This document shows positions 9,414 to 18,838 of a DNA stretch of 45,516 bases, piece after piece; the stretch's first letter is position 1; each line of letters opens with the position of its first letter. Position numbers and translations under genes: made by a program. This DNA comes from Acidobacteriota bacterium (GTDB taxonomy: Bacteria; Acidobacteriota; Thermoanaerobaculia; Thermoanaerobaculales; Sulfomarinibacteraceae). Below the pieces are notes generated by a model that saw only the letters and a program-made list of their open reading frames with translations, was not told where the DNA came from and made no database searches. Where the stretch lies: assembly GCA_033791425.1 (NCBI GenBank), contig JASJGQ010000315.1, positions 1 through 45,516 of the forward strand. The letters are read 5' to 3'.

Positions 9414-10274
9414 GTGAAACGCATCGTCGCAGCCTGGATGGCAGTCATGTTCATCGCGGCCGGTGTTGCCGCCCAGAGCGCCTCCAGCAGGGCGTGGCAG
9501 CAGCGGTTGCAGGTTTCGATTCCGCTTCCGGTGCCGATGGTGGAACTCGAGCCGATCAACCCGTTTGCGGTCGAGGTCGATCAGGTCGCGGAGGTCTCAC
9601 AGTCGACCCCGCCACGAAAGGTCGACGTTCGAGGCACGGCGCGGGTCGCAGCCTACGTCGACACCAAAGGCGAGTGCCTCGGCGCGGTACCTCTGGAGCT
9701 CCCGTTTCCGGGTCTCACCTCATCCATGAACCTCGACCTGAAGGGTTCGCGATTCGAGCCCGCGATGGCCGGATCGGCGCCTCAGGCCTCTTGGGCGGTC
9801 CTCGAGATCGTCATGGAAGGCCGGGTCAAAGAGGCTCAAATCATCGATCATGGGCTCCAGCCCCCGAACCCGGAATCGCCGCCGGTTCCGAGTGTTCAAG
9901 CGGAAATGGTGCCCCCGGGCAGTCTGCGCAACCTCAAGGCCACGCCGCAAGATCAGCTCAGTCGCCTGGCGGCTCCGCGCCGCGTCAAGGTCAGCGCTCC
10001 GGCACGCGACGATGAGGTCCAGATCCGCGCCCTGGTGCACATTGGTGAGGACGGTCGCTGCGATCGCTACGTGCCACTCGAGCTGTACGACGGTCTCAAC
10101 CCATGGTTTTCGGCGTATCTGGCGACCTGGAGGGCCCAGCCCGGGACTCGTGGAGGGCAGCCGGTGGCGTCGTGGGTCATTTACACGGCACGGGTTCGCA
10201 TGAAACTGTCGGGGCTCAATTCGGCCAACTCACGCATCGTCAGCGACCGCCAGTACGTGCCGAACCCGCAATAG
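9414..10274 (+). CDS. Exported hypothetical protein with two TonB C-terminal-like repeats
   Basis: Signal peptide; repeats VAAYVDTKGEC...RFEPAMAGSAPQASW and RALVHIGEDGRC...WRAQPGTRGGQPVASW. Confidence 0.6.
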   Translation: MKRIVAAWMAVMFIAAGVAAQSASSRAWQQRLQVSIPLPVPMVELEPINPFAVEVDQVAEVSQSTPPRKVDVRGTARVAAYVDTKGECLGAVPLELPFPGLTSSMNLDLKGSRFEPAMAGSAPQASWAVLEIVMEGRVKEAQIIDHGLQPPNPESPPVPSVQAEMVPPGSLRNLKATPQDQLSRLAAPRRVKVSAPARDDEVQIRALVHIGEDGRCDRYVPLELYDGLNPWFSAYLATWRAQPGTRGGQPVASWVIYTARVRMKLSGLNSANSRIVSDRQYVPNPQ

Positions 10275-10287
10275 ATTCGGAGGCACC

Positions 10288-12204
10288 CTAGCCCTTTGAC
10301 GATCGCCGAAGGATCTTGCGGCGGTTTCCCTGGCGCACGGTCACTCGTTCCGAATCCAGCCACTCGAGAGCCGGGATCGCGAGTTTGCGGGTGAGGCCGA
10401 AGCGATCCTTGAAATCGCCGACCGCAAAATCGTCCACCCCCCACTCCCGAACGCCACGCGCGACATCGTCCAAAACGGCGCGGTGGATCAGGTATTTCCC
10501 CTCGAGACGAACCAGTCGATGGCGCTGCAGGAGAAACTTGCAGATCCCTTCTACCGAGGCCGGGCGCGCCGACAGACGTACCGCTGCCTCCCGTGGCGAC
10601 GGCGCCTCGAAACCGGTCTCGCGATAAAGGGCCTCAACCCTCCTCGAGAGCTCTTCTCCGCTGGCGGTCATGTGGCTGTCAGTTCCCGGTGGCACCACTC
10701 GGCCTTCAGCGAGCTCGATCACACCGCGCCCCCGCAGTTCCTCGAGATAAATATCAGCCAGGATACGGGCCCGGCGAGGCAGCAAGGCCCCGACAAAATC
10801 ACGCGCGGGAATCCCGGCAGAGACCTCCTCATCAGCGAGCCGCTGCTCGAGGGCCGCAGCCGCATCGGTCGCCAGCTCCTCCAATCGTGCAGCGGCGACA
10901 AATCTCACCGGTTGCGACGGCAGTCCCCTGATCGATCCCTCCGTGAGCAACTTTCCGAGCGGCGCTTCCACCGCAGATTCGAACACGCCGAGCCGGCCCG
11001 CAATTTTCGGCAACGGCAACCCAACCAGACCTTCGGCATCAACCCAGCTCAGGAGAAGTCGAGGCCATTCGCTGCGCTGGACACCCGGCAACTCATCGAG
11101 AGCAGCCGAATCCCGCCGGCGCCAGCGTCGGAGGTGCGCGTCCAGGACCTGCCCGCCGGCAAATGTATTGACCGGTGACGGTCGCCGCAAGACCACTCTG
11201 TCACCTGGAAAAAGCAACATCGGCTCGCGAAGAAGCAATTGCGCCACCGCCCGGTTGCCCGGTTCGAGCGGGCGCCGAGCCAGTCGATCGACCCGCCCAG
11301 AGACTCGCGCCGCGAGGGCGTGGACCTCGACCTCATCACCCTCATCCAGCGGACCCGGCGCCGTGGCGAGGAGCTCGAGTTGGATAGTGGCGAGTCGGGT
11401 CTCGACCCACGGCCCGGGGGACAGGATCTGTTGCCCGCGTTCGAGGCTGGCCTTGGAGATACCCGCGAGGTTGATCGCGACCCGCTCTCCGGCCTCGACC
11501 CGCCGCCGTTCCTCGCCGTGCACGTGGAGCCGTCGCGCCCTGGCAGTCAAATCGGCTGGGATGATCGAGACCTCGCCACCGACTTCCAAAGCGCCCCACA
11601 ACGAGGTTCCGGTGACTACGGTGCCTGCACCCGTGAGACTGAAAACTCGGTCAACCGGTTCCCGGAAGGGCCGCCCCTCGATCTGGTGCGGGCGCACCGT
11701 ACGGGCCTGTTCCACCAACACCCGTCGCAGCTCGTCGAGCCCGGCGCCGGTCTGGGCCGACACCGCCACCACCGGCACGTCGGCAAAGGCGGTCCCCGTC
11801 AGCAGCTCTCTGATCTCCTCAACCACCAACTCGACGAGTTCCGGATCGACGAGATCGACTTTGGACATCGCCACCGCTCCGCCCGGAACCCCCATCAGAC
11901 GAAGCACTTCGAGGTGCTCGCGTGTCTGCGGCATCACACCCTCGTCCGCTGCGATTACGAGCAACGCGAGATCGATCCCGGCCGCTCCTGCAATCATGGT
12001 GTGGACCAGCCGTTCGTGCCCCGGCACGTCGACGAAGTGGAGCCGAACGTCCTCGTCGGCGAGCTGCGCAAAACCGAGCTCGATGGTGATGCCGCGTTCT
12101 CGTTCTTCGGGCAGACGATCACAATCGGTGCCCGTGAGGGCCTTCACCAGGGTCGTCTTGCCATGGTCGATATGTCCCGCAGTTCCCCATACGACGTGCC
12201 GCAT
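10288..12204 (-). CDS. selB: Selenocysteine-specific elongation factor
   Basis: GTAGHIDHGKT, EERERGITIELGF, DVPGHE, PQTREHL and the C-terminal winged-helix motif FKDRFGLTRKLAIPALEWLD. Confidence 0.96.
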   Translation of the reverse strand: MRHVVWGTAGHIDHGKTTLVKALTGTDCDRLPEERERGITIELGFAQLADEDVRLHFVDVPGHERLVHTMIAGAAGIDLALLVIAADEGVMPQTREHLEVLRLMGVPGGAVAMSKVDLVDPELVELVVEEIRELLTGTAFADVPVVAVSAQTGAGLDELRRVLVEQARTVRPHQIEGRPFREPVDRVFSLTGAGTVVTGTSLWGALEVGGEVSIIPADLTARARRLHVHGEERRRVEAGERVAINLAGISKASLERGQQILSPGPWVETRLATIQLELLATAPGPLDEGDEVEVHALAARVSGRVDRLARRPLEPGNRAVAQLLLREPMLLFPGDRVVLRRPSPVNTFAGGQVLDAHLRRWRRRDSAALDELPGVQRSEWPRLLLSWVDAEGLVGLPLPKIAGRLGVFESAVEAPLGKLLTEGSIRGLPSQPVRFVAAARLEELATDAAAALEQRLADEEVSAGIPARDFVGALLPRRARILADIYLEELRGRGVIELAEGRVVPPGTDSHMTASGEELSRRVEALYRETGFEAPSPREAAVRLSARPASVEGICKFLLQRHRLVRLEGKYLIHRAVLDDVARGVREWGVDDFAVGDFKDRFGLTRKLAIPALEWLDSERVTVRQGNRRKILRRSSKG

Positions 12205-12279
12205 CGCTTCATGGTACACGTTTGGTCAAGGCCGTCTCGACGGTTTGGTCCCTGCGGCCGGAGTCTGTATCCTCGCCGG

Positions 12280-12846
12280 GTGACCGACCCGGGAATAGAG
12301 ACCGAGCTCAAGATCCCCGTCGCCGACCTGGCGATGATTCGATCTCGTCTCGCTGTTCTCGACGCGCGGTTGATTTCCGAAAGCAAACGCGAGGTCAACC
12401 TGCTGCTCGATACCAGGGATCACGAATTGTCCGGTCGCGGTTGCGTGCTCAGACTTCGAAAGTATGGCGACCTTCGCATCCTGACCTTCAAGGGCCCCGC
12501 CTCCTACGATGGTCCCATCAAGGTCCGACCCGAGCATGAAGTTCTGATCGAGGACCTGGAGAAGATGCAGACTGTGCTTGAAGCACTGGGTTTTGTCGGC
12601 GTCGCACGCTACGAAAAAGACCGCGAGACGTGGCGGGCCGGGCCCGTGGAGATCGTCCTCGACCACACACCCATGGGCGATTTTGTCGAGGTGGAAGGTC
12701 CGTCCGAGCTGCTCGAGTCGGTCACGCGGTCGCTTGGACTCGATCCGCATCACGCAGTCCGCGGCTCCTATATGAGCCTGTGGACCGAGTTTCGGGCCTG
12801 CAACTCGGAGATGAAGCTGCCCCCGGACATGGTTTTCGGGGTATGA
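12280..12846 (+). CDS. CYTH domain protein (class IV adenylate cyclase-like)
   Basis: ETELK, VLRLRK, LTFKGP, YEKDRE and FVEVEG. The real start is GTG 12280 within the longer ORF 11239-12846. Confidence 0.88.
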   Translation: MTDPGIETELKIPVADLAMIRSRLAVLDARLISESKREVNLLLDTRDHELSGRGCVLRLRKYGDLRILTFKGPASYDGPIKVRPEHEVLIEDLEKMQTVLEALGFVGVARYEKDRETWRAGPVEIVLDHTPMGDFVEVEGPSELLESVTRSLGLDPHHAVRGSYMSLWTEFRACNSEMKLPPDMVFGV

Positions 12847-13802
12847 ATTGCTTCGCAGCGGCGATGGTGCTTGCCGCAGGTCGTGGCGAGCGGATGCGGC
12901 CCCTTTCCAATGTTCTGCCAAAACCGGCACTGCCTCTGGCCGACGGCCCGGTTGTGTCGTCGGCGCTGCGACTCGCGGCGCGAACAGGTTCGGCTCGAAT
13001 CGTGGTCAACACCTGGCATCTCGGAGACCTGATGGCAACTGCGGTCGCCGAAGCCTCGACCGCCGGCATGAGGGTCGCCCTGTCTCCAGAAACGTCGCTG
13101 ATGGGAACTGCTGGCGGTCTCGCCCTCGCTCGCGACCGGGGGCTGCTCGGGACCGAGGGACCGGTCCTGGTGATCAACGGGGACGGCCTCTCGGATCTCG
13201 ACATTGACCCCCTCTTCGAGCACCACTTAGCCCGCGGCGATGGGGTGACGTTGGGACTCCAGCCACACCCCGACCCAACACGGTGGTCGCGGGTTCTGAT
13301 CGACGTTCAGGGTACGGTCACTGCCATCCGCCCTCCCGGAGATGTCAGGCCGGGTGAGGTTTCCTGTTTGTATCCGGGTGTGATGGCGGTGTCGCGCGAA
13401 AGTCTGAATGGACTCCCGTCAACCGCCGGGGAGATCCCAGACCGTCTGTGGTACCCGGCCCTCGCCGCAGGGAGGCTGGGTGGCGCGATGATTTCGGGAA
13501 AATGGCGAGAGGTCGGTACGGCAAACGATTACCTGACCGTGGTCCTGGACCAACTTCGAGGGGAGAGCCTCATCCATCCCACGGCGGTCGTCGCTCCGAC
13601 CGCCGTCATCGACGGCTCCTTGATTGGGCGTCACGCCAGAGTCAGTGACCGGAGTGTCGTCCTCGGCTCGGTGATCGCCGACTGGGCATCCGTCGCGGCC
13701 GGCAGCCGGGTCGCTCATTCAGTACTGCTGGGCCGTACTGAAAGTGCAGCCAGTGAACGACTCGAAAGTGAATTTCGAGTAGGGCCGGTCGGAGACGGGT
13801 AA
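12843..13802 (+). CDS. Sugar-phosphate nucleotidyltransferase (MurU/mannose-1-P guanylyltransferase-like)
   Basis: AMVLAAGRGERMRPLSNVLPKP, GTAGGL, VINGD, WREVGT and C-terminal hexapeptide-like repeats. Confidence 0.85.
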   Translation: MNCFAAAMVLAAGRGERMRPLSNVLPKPALPLADGPVVSSALRLAARTGSARIVVNTWHLGDLMATAVAEASTAGMRVALSPETSLMGTAGGLALARDRGLLGTEGPVLVINGDGLSDLDIDPLFEHHLARGDGVTLGLQPHPDPTRWSRVLIDVQGTVTAIRPPGDVRPGEVSCLYPGVMAVSRESLNGLPSTAGEIPDRLWYPALAAGRLGGAMISGKWREVGTANDYLTVVLDQLRGESLIHPTAVVAPTAVIDGSLIGRHARVSDRSVVLGSVIADWASVAAGSRVAHSVLLGRTESAASERLESEFRVGPVGDG

Positions 13803-13817
13803 CGGTCGAACCCGCAC

Positions 13818-14420
13818 TCACAGCGCGCTCTTGCGCCACTGGGACCACCCAGACCGCCATACCAGCGAAATTACCCGCCCGGTTCCTCCGTAGACCCGCA
13901 CGACTCGCATGCGCGCATGATGATCCGTGAGATACACTGAACTCGGCGTCGCGTGCCCCTGTGGTGTAAAGGTGATGATGTCGCCGCGGCCCGCCCGCAC
14001 CGGATCCAAAAGATCACCTCGGAGTCGACCACGCCCGGAAGGATCGGGAACAAACTCTCCCTGGAGGATGCCGAGGCCGGCCGCCCTCGGAGCGAACTCG
14101 AGCACCTCCGACACGATCGGATCTGTAAAGCTCTCGAGGTCGCGCCGCAGGATTCCATCCCCATCACCATCTGCGGCGATATAGCACCGCCACGACCCGT
14201 TCCCGCGCCTTTCGAACACCAACCCGGTTGAACGTTGGTTCATGATTGCGTAGGCGCGACAACGAAACATGAGCCCCTGTAAACGCCCCGAAGCCCCGAA
14301 CAGGGCCGCGGCCCTGTTCGCCTCACCGAGATTCGGCACGGCCACCACGGCGATGATCGCGATCACCACCAGCAGGGCCGCTACCTCTGACAACGAGACT
14401 CCACGCTGTCCAGCCCGCAT
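13818..14420 (-). CDS. Type IV pilin-like/pseudopilin (GspH/FimT-like)
   Basis: Class III signal QRG|VSLSEVAALLVVIAIIAVVAVP, plus DGDGDG and ITFTPQG motifs. Confidence 0.75.
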   Translation of the reverse strand: MRAGQRGVSLSEVAALLVVIAIIAVVAVPNLGEANRAAALFGASGRLQGLMFRCRAYAIMNQRSTGLVFERRGNGSWRCYIAADGDGDGILRRDLESFTDPIVSEVLEFAPRAAGLGILQGEFVPDPSGRGRLRGDLLDPVRAGRGDIITFTPQGHATPSSVYLTDHHARMRVVRVYGGTGRVISLVWRSGWSQWRKSAL

Positions 14421-14550
14421 CGCCACCGTGTTTCTCACGACAACTCCTTTCAAAAACGCGGCCCCGAAGGGCCGCATCCCGTCCACGCTGTAGAGGGTCA
14501 TCGGCGACGGATCGGGCCCACCCCGGTCCTGCGTCGATGACGGTTGATCG

Positions 14551-14901
14551 TCAGCTCCCGGTTTCGCTCCCCGATTTCTTCGGGCGCGGCAGGCGGACCT
14601 TCTCTGTCATGGTCGTGGCACCGCTCGTCGCCAGGTACGGCTCCAGTCGCTCGAGCGAGCTGTCGCCGATACCCTTGACCGCGACGATCTCATCGATCGT
14701 CCTGAAGGGCCCGTTGGCCTGGCGGTAGCCGATGATCCGACCCGCGAGGGCCGGTCCGACCTGGGGCAGCAGCTGCAATTGCTCGGCAGCCGCCGTGTTG
14801 ATATTGACGACGCCGGCGTTCTGTCCGGTGTCGGCTGCGCCGGCGGATGACGCCGCGAAGCAGGCGAGAAAAATCAGCACCAATATGGATCGTTGCCTCA
14901 T
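14551..14901 (-). CDS. comEA: ComEA-like helix-hairpin-helix DNA receptor
   Basis: Signal peptide; VNINTAAAEQLQLLPQVGPALAGRIIGYRQANGPFRTIDEIVAVKGIG; RBS GAGGAG. Confidence 0.9.
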   Translation of the reverse strand: MRQRSILVLIFLACFAASSAGAADTGQNAGVVNINTAAAEQLQLLPQVGPALAGRIIGYRQANGPFRTIDEIVAVKGIGDSSLERLEPYLATSGATTMTEKVRLPRPKKSGSETGS

Positions 14902-14994
14902 ATCAAACTCCTCGTGTGGTTGGTTGATGATCGGGGCTGACGCCGCGGTTCAGACTTCATCCATGGCGGGCTCCTTTCGTTCACATCACGATGG

Positions 14995-15010
14995 AGCAGA
15001 ACTCATGCCA
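14995..15010 (-). promoter_or_regulatory. sigma54 (-24/-12) promoter upstream of comEA
   Basis: Minus strand TGGCATGAGTTCTGCT fits GG-N10-GC. Confidence 0.6.
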
Positions 15011-15082
15011 TTTTTGAAAAATTGTTAAGATGTTCAAAATAAATGTTTTAAGCTGTGATCTCAAGTTTCTGAAAAATCCAAA

Positions 15083-15102
15083 CTGACAAGAAAACTTGTC
15101 AG
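15083..15102. promoter_or_regulatory. Perfect inverted repeat, putative transcription-factor site
   Basis: CTGACAAG-AAAA-CTTGTCAG, with a related partial copy AAGAAAATTTTGTCAG at 15133-15148. Confidence 0.6.
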
Positions 15103-15229
15103 GTCTGGCAAAGGATGAGTCCCCACGCATGTAAGAAAATTTTGTCAGTGTCAGCCTGCTATACTCCCTCGATGACCCTCGATCGAAATGGATGCCGATC
15201 GACAAACGCCGCCGGCTGGAGAACCTTCA

Positions 15230-15844
15230 ATGACGCGTGAACTCGTCCTCGCCGTGTCAGGAGGATCGGGCTCGGTCCTGGCGGCGCGCTTCGCCGTCGC
15301 GGCCCTGGAATCGGGAGCGGTCGATACCTTGCACGTGGTGTTGACCGCGGCCGCCGGCAAGGTCCTCCACCACGAATTAGGCCCATCATGGGCCACCGCC
15401 CGCGGATTCGCCGAACAGCTCCCCCTGGACGACGATGTTCGCGCCCGGATTCAGACCTATTCGGACAACGAATTGACGGCACCGGTGGCATCGGGCTCGC
15501 ACCGTCTCTCGGGAGTGGTCGTCCTGCCCTGTTCAGCGGGAATGGCCGGCGCACTGGCCAACGGTATTTCGCGCGGGCTCGTGCAGCGCGTCGCGGATGT
15601 GGCCATCAAACAAAGGTGGCCGTTGCTGCTCGGGATCCGAGAGACCCCGATGTCGCCGATTCTGCTCGACAACCTCCTGCGCCTGGCACGGGTCGGCGCT
15701 CATATCGTGCCGCCGTTGCCGGCCTTCTACCTGAACCCGGATGAGCCCTCAGCGATGTCGGTCTTTATCGATCACTACTGCGTTCGCCTCCTCGATCTGC
15801 TCGGAATCGAAACCGAGGGCTCGGGACTTCGATGGAAGGGCTGA
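15230..15844 (+). CDS. ubiX: Flavin prenyltransferase UbiX family
   Basis: AVSGGSG, APVASGS, PCSAG, RVADVAIK, RETP and PAFY. Alternative start at 15188. Confidence 0.9.
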   Translation: MTRELVLAVSGGSGSVLAARFAVAALESGAVDTLHVVLTAAAGKVLHHELGPSWATARGFAEQLPLDDDVRARIQTYSDNELTAPVASGSHRLSGVVVLPCSAGMAGALANGISRGLVQRVADVAIKQRWPLLLGIRETPMSPILLDNLLRLARVGAHIVPPLPAFYLNPDEPSAMSVFIDHYCVRLLDLLGIETEGSGLRWKG

Positions 15845-16722
15845 GCAGTCCCGTCGTCCGCATGGCACGCGATATCCGGGAAACCGGCGAGATGATCGCG
15901 TTCAAACATTCGATCTTCGCCCTCCCCTTTGCCGTCATTTCTCTCATCACTGCGACCGCACCGTCCTGGCCGACGCCGGCGATCTGGTTCTGGGTCACAG
16001 TTGCAATGGTGTCGGCGCGCACCGCGGCCATGGCATTCAATCGTCTCGCAGATCAGGCAGTTGACGTGAAGAACCCCCGAACCTCCGGCCGCGCCTTGCC
16101 CTCGGGCCGGCTCGATCGGCGCTTTGCGTGGTTCGTGACAGGACTTTCGGCGATGGTTTTCCTCGCCGCCGCAGCCGCCCTCAACCCCCTCTGTCTGGCG
16201 CTGGCTCCGCTCACGCTCGCGGTCCTCCTCGGCTACTCCTTTACCAAACGGTTTACCAGCGCATCACATCTGTGGCTCGGTTTCGCCCTCGGTTTGGCAC
16301 CGATCGGCGCATGGATCGCCGCCACCGGCCGGATCGCCTGGCCGCCAGTCGTCCTCGCCGCATCGGTGTGTCTGTGGGTGGCGGGCTTCGATATCATCTA
16401 CTCACTCCAGGACGAGGCTTTCGACCGCGAGCAAGGACTCCACTCCCTGCCGGAACATGTCGGCGGGCGCGCGGCGCTGGTTGCCGCGCGAGTCACCCAC
16501 GTGCTGGCATTCGCCGGCTTTGTCGTGTTTGCCGTGGCGGCCGGCGGCGGTCCGTGGCGGCTCGGGGCGGTCTGCATCGCCGGTGCTTTGCTGGCGTGGC
16601 AGCACCGTCTGATTTCAGCCGACGACCTCACGTCGGTCGATGCCGCCTTTTTCTCCGCCAACGGCGCACTCGCGGTCTTGATGGGCGCCCTCTTCGTCAT
16701 CGCCAGGATTGCCGGACCATGA
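15832..16722 (+). CDS. ubiA: UbiA-family polyprenyltransferase (MqnP-like)
   Basis: HSIFALPF, ARTAAMAFNRLAD, NPRTSGRALPSG, YSFTKRFT and GFDIIYSLQDEAFD. Confidence 0.88.
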   Translation: MEGLSSPVVRMARDIRETGEMIAFKHSIFALPFAVISLITATAPSWPTPAIWFWVTVAMVSARTAAMAFNRLADQAVDVKNPRTSGRALPSGRLDRRFAWFVTGLSAMVFLAAAAALNPLCLALAPLTLAVLLGYSFTKRFTSASHLWLGFALGLAPIGAWIAATGRIAWPPVVLAASVCLWVAGFDIIYSLQDEAFDREQGLHSLPEHVGGRAALVAARVTHVLAFAGFVVFAVAAGGGPWRLGAVCIAGALLAWQHRLISADDLTSVDAAFFSANGALAVLMGALFVIARIAGP

Positions 16723-16765
16723 CAGAGGTGACGGCGGCGGCGGCACAAGCTACTATCTCTATCGC

Positions 16766-17413
16766 ATGAGCGGACCGAAAATACCCTTCCGACACATCGC
16801 CGTTGAGGGCCCAATCGGGGTTGGAAAGACGTCCCTCGTACAATTATTGGCCGATCGATTCGAAGGCGTGATGGTGCTCGAGGACATCACCAACCCGTTT
16901 CTGCCATCGTTTTACGAGGGCCGCGAGGGCGCCGCCTTCCAGGTTCAGATCTACTTTTTGCTGTCGCGTTTTCAACAGCAGCGCGAGATCGCTCAGATGA
17001 ACCTCTTTCAAAGGCTTGTTCTGGCCGATTACACCTTTCCAAAGGACCGGATCTTCGCCTACCTCAACCTCGACGACACCGATCTCCGCGTCTACGAGAA
17101 GCTCTACCCGGTCCTCGATCACGAGGTTCCCAAGCCGGACCTCGTGATTTACATGCAGGCCTCCGTCGATGTCCTTCTGGAGCGCATCAGTAAACGGGCC
17201 CGCGACTTCGAGAGCAACATCGATCCCGGATACCTGGAACGACTCAGCGAGGCCTACTCTTACTATTTCTTCCACTATCGGGAGACGCCGCTGCTGGTGG
17301 TCAACACGGACGAAATCGACTTCGTCAACAGACCCGCGGACTTCAATGCTTTTGTCGAACAGATCATGCGCAGCCGTCGCGGGACCCAGGTCTACGTTCC
17401 GGTCAGCGACTGA
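16766..17413 (+). CDS. Deoxynucleoside kinase
   Basis: IAVEGPIGVGKT P-loop, NPFLPSFY, FLLSRFQQ and KPDLVIY. Confidence 0.92.
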   Translation: MSGPKIPFRHIAVEGPIGVGKTSLVQLLADRFEGVMVLEDITNPFLPSFYEGREGAAFQVQIYFLLSRFQQQREIAQMNLFQRLVLADYTFPKDRIFAYLNLDDTDLRVYEKLYPVLDHEVPKPDLVIYMQASVDVLLERISKRARDFESNIDPGYLERLSEAYSYYFFHYRETPLLVVNTDEIDFVNRPADFNAFVEQIMRSRRGTQVYVPVSD

Positions 17414-17461
17414 GCCGCAGCCGATCAGGTAACTGTTATAGTCCCCGCCGGAGGATCAGCC

Positions 17462-18748
17462 ATGCTCGCCCGCGATCTCTTTCGCTCTCGCCCCGAACTC
17501 GTCCGCGACATGCTCGCGGCCCGTCATACCGAAGCGCCGCTCGACCGGTTGCTGGAGGTGGATACGGCGTGGCGGAAAATCCTGGTTGAGGTCGAGGACC
17601 TCAAGGCACGCCGCAATGCGGGGTCCAAGGAGATCGGCGATCTGTATCGGCAGGGACACAAGGATGACGCCGAGCAACGCAAGGCGGCGATGGCCGTGAT
17701 CGGCGACGAGATCAAGGACCTTGAAACCAGGGCCAGAGATCTCGAAACTGAGCTTTCGACCCTCGAACTCACGATCCCGAATATCTTCGATCGAGAGGTC
17801 CCCATCGGCGCCGATGAGTCGGCCAACCGCGAACTGCGGACCTGGGGCAAGCGCCCCGACTTCCAATTCGAACCCAAGGCCCACTGGGACCTCGGCCCAG
17901 ATCTCGGGATCGTCGATTTCGAGCGCGCCGCCAAGGTTGCGGCGAGCCGGTTTGCGGTGCTTCGCGGACACGGCGCGGCACTCGAACGGGCCTTGATCTC
18001 CTTCATGCTCGACCTCCACACGCAGCACCACGGATATACCGAGGTCATCCCCCCGTATCTCGTCAACACCGCGTCCCTGTACGGAACGGGCCAGCTGCCG
18101 AAGTTCGCCGACGACCTTTTTCGCGTCGAGGGGGTGGATCTCGACCTGGCGCCGACCGCCGAGGTGCCTGTCACCAATATCCACCGCGACGAAACCCTCG
18201 ACGAAGAAGATTTACCTCTTCGATACTGCGCCTTCACCCCGTGTTTTCGAGCCGAGGCCGGCTCGCACGGGCGCGACGTGCGGGGACTCATCCGCCAGCA
18301 CCAGTTCCACAAGGTCGAACTGGTCCAGTTGGTCCAGCCGGATCGTTCGGCCGACCAACTCGAGGAGTTGACCGGTCACGCGGAGGCGGTCCTTCAAGGA
18401 CTCGGTCTCCACTATCGGGTGGTCAGCCTGGCGAGCGGCGATCTCGGTTTCTCCGCCGCCCGAACCTACGATATCGAGGTCTGGTTGCCGGCCATGGACG
18501 CCTACCGGGAGATCTCATCGTGTAGCAGTTTTACCGATTTTCAGGCGCGCCGTGCCCGGCTTCGCTTCCGTCCCGCAGGCGGTGGTAAGGCACAACTGCT
18601 CCACACCATCAATGGTTCAGCGCTGGCCATCGGCCGCACCATGGTCGCGGTGCTCGAAAACTACCAGCAAGCCGACGGCTCGGTCGTGATCCCGGAGGTG
18701 CTCCGGCCCTACATGCACGGCCTCGCGGTCATCGAACAAGTTCGATGA
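17462..18748 (+). CDS. serS: Serine--tRNA ligase
   Basis: [39 protein letters not shown] and HTINGSALA. Confidence 0.98.
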   Translation: MLARDLFRSRPELVRDMLAARHTEAPLDRLLEVDTAWRKILVEVEDLKARRNAGSKEIGDLYRQGHKDDAEQRKAAMAVIGDEIKDLETRARDLETELSTLELTIPNIFDREVPIGADESANRELRTWGKRPDFQFEPKAHWDLGPDLGIVDFERAAKVAASRFAVLRGHGAALERALISFMLDLHTQHHGYTEVIPPYLVNTASLYGTGQLPKFADDLFRVEGVDLDLAPTAEVPVTNIHRDETLDEEDLPLRYCAFTPCFRAEAGSHGRDVRGLIRQHQFHKVELVQLVQPDRSADQLEELTGHAEAVLQGLGLHYRVVSLASGDLGFSAARTYDIEVWLPAMDAYREISSCSSFTDFQARRARLRFRPAGGGKAQLLHTINGSALAIGRTMVAVLENYQQADGSVVIPEVLRPYMHGLAVIEQVR

Positions 18749-18750
18749 CC

Positions 18751-18838
18751 AGTTTTGAGTTCTTAGTGTTGAGTTTTTAGTTTCTGCGTCCCACTTCGGC
18801 GCGGCCGTCCCTTACCGGAAAACTCAAAACTAAAAACT
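18751..18838. repeat. Inverted arrays of AGTTTTN-like heptamers between convergent genes
   Basis: Five units (AGTTTTG AGTTCTT AGTGTTG AGTTTTT AGTTTCT, 18751-18785) and three reverse-complement units (GAAAACT CAAAACT AAAAACT, 18818-18838). Confidence 0.8.

Noticed and set aside
11239-12279. Long plus-strand ORF suggesting a 535-aa CYTH fusion
   Set aside because: The upstream part is the antisense shadow of selB; CYTH motifs begin only at GTG 12280.
18751-18838. CRISPR-like array
   Set aside because: Units are 7 nt with no unique spacers, and there are no cas genes.
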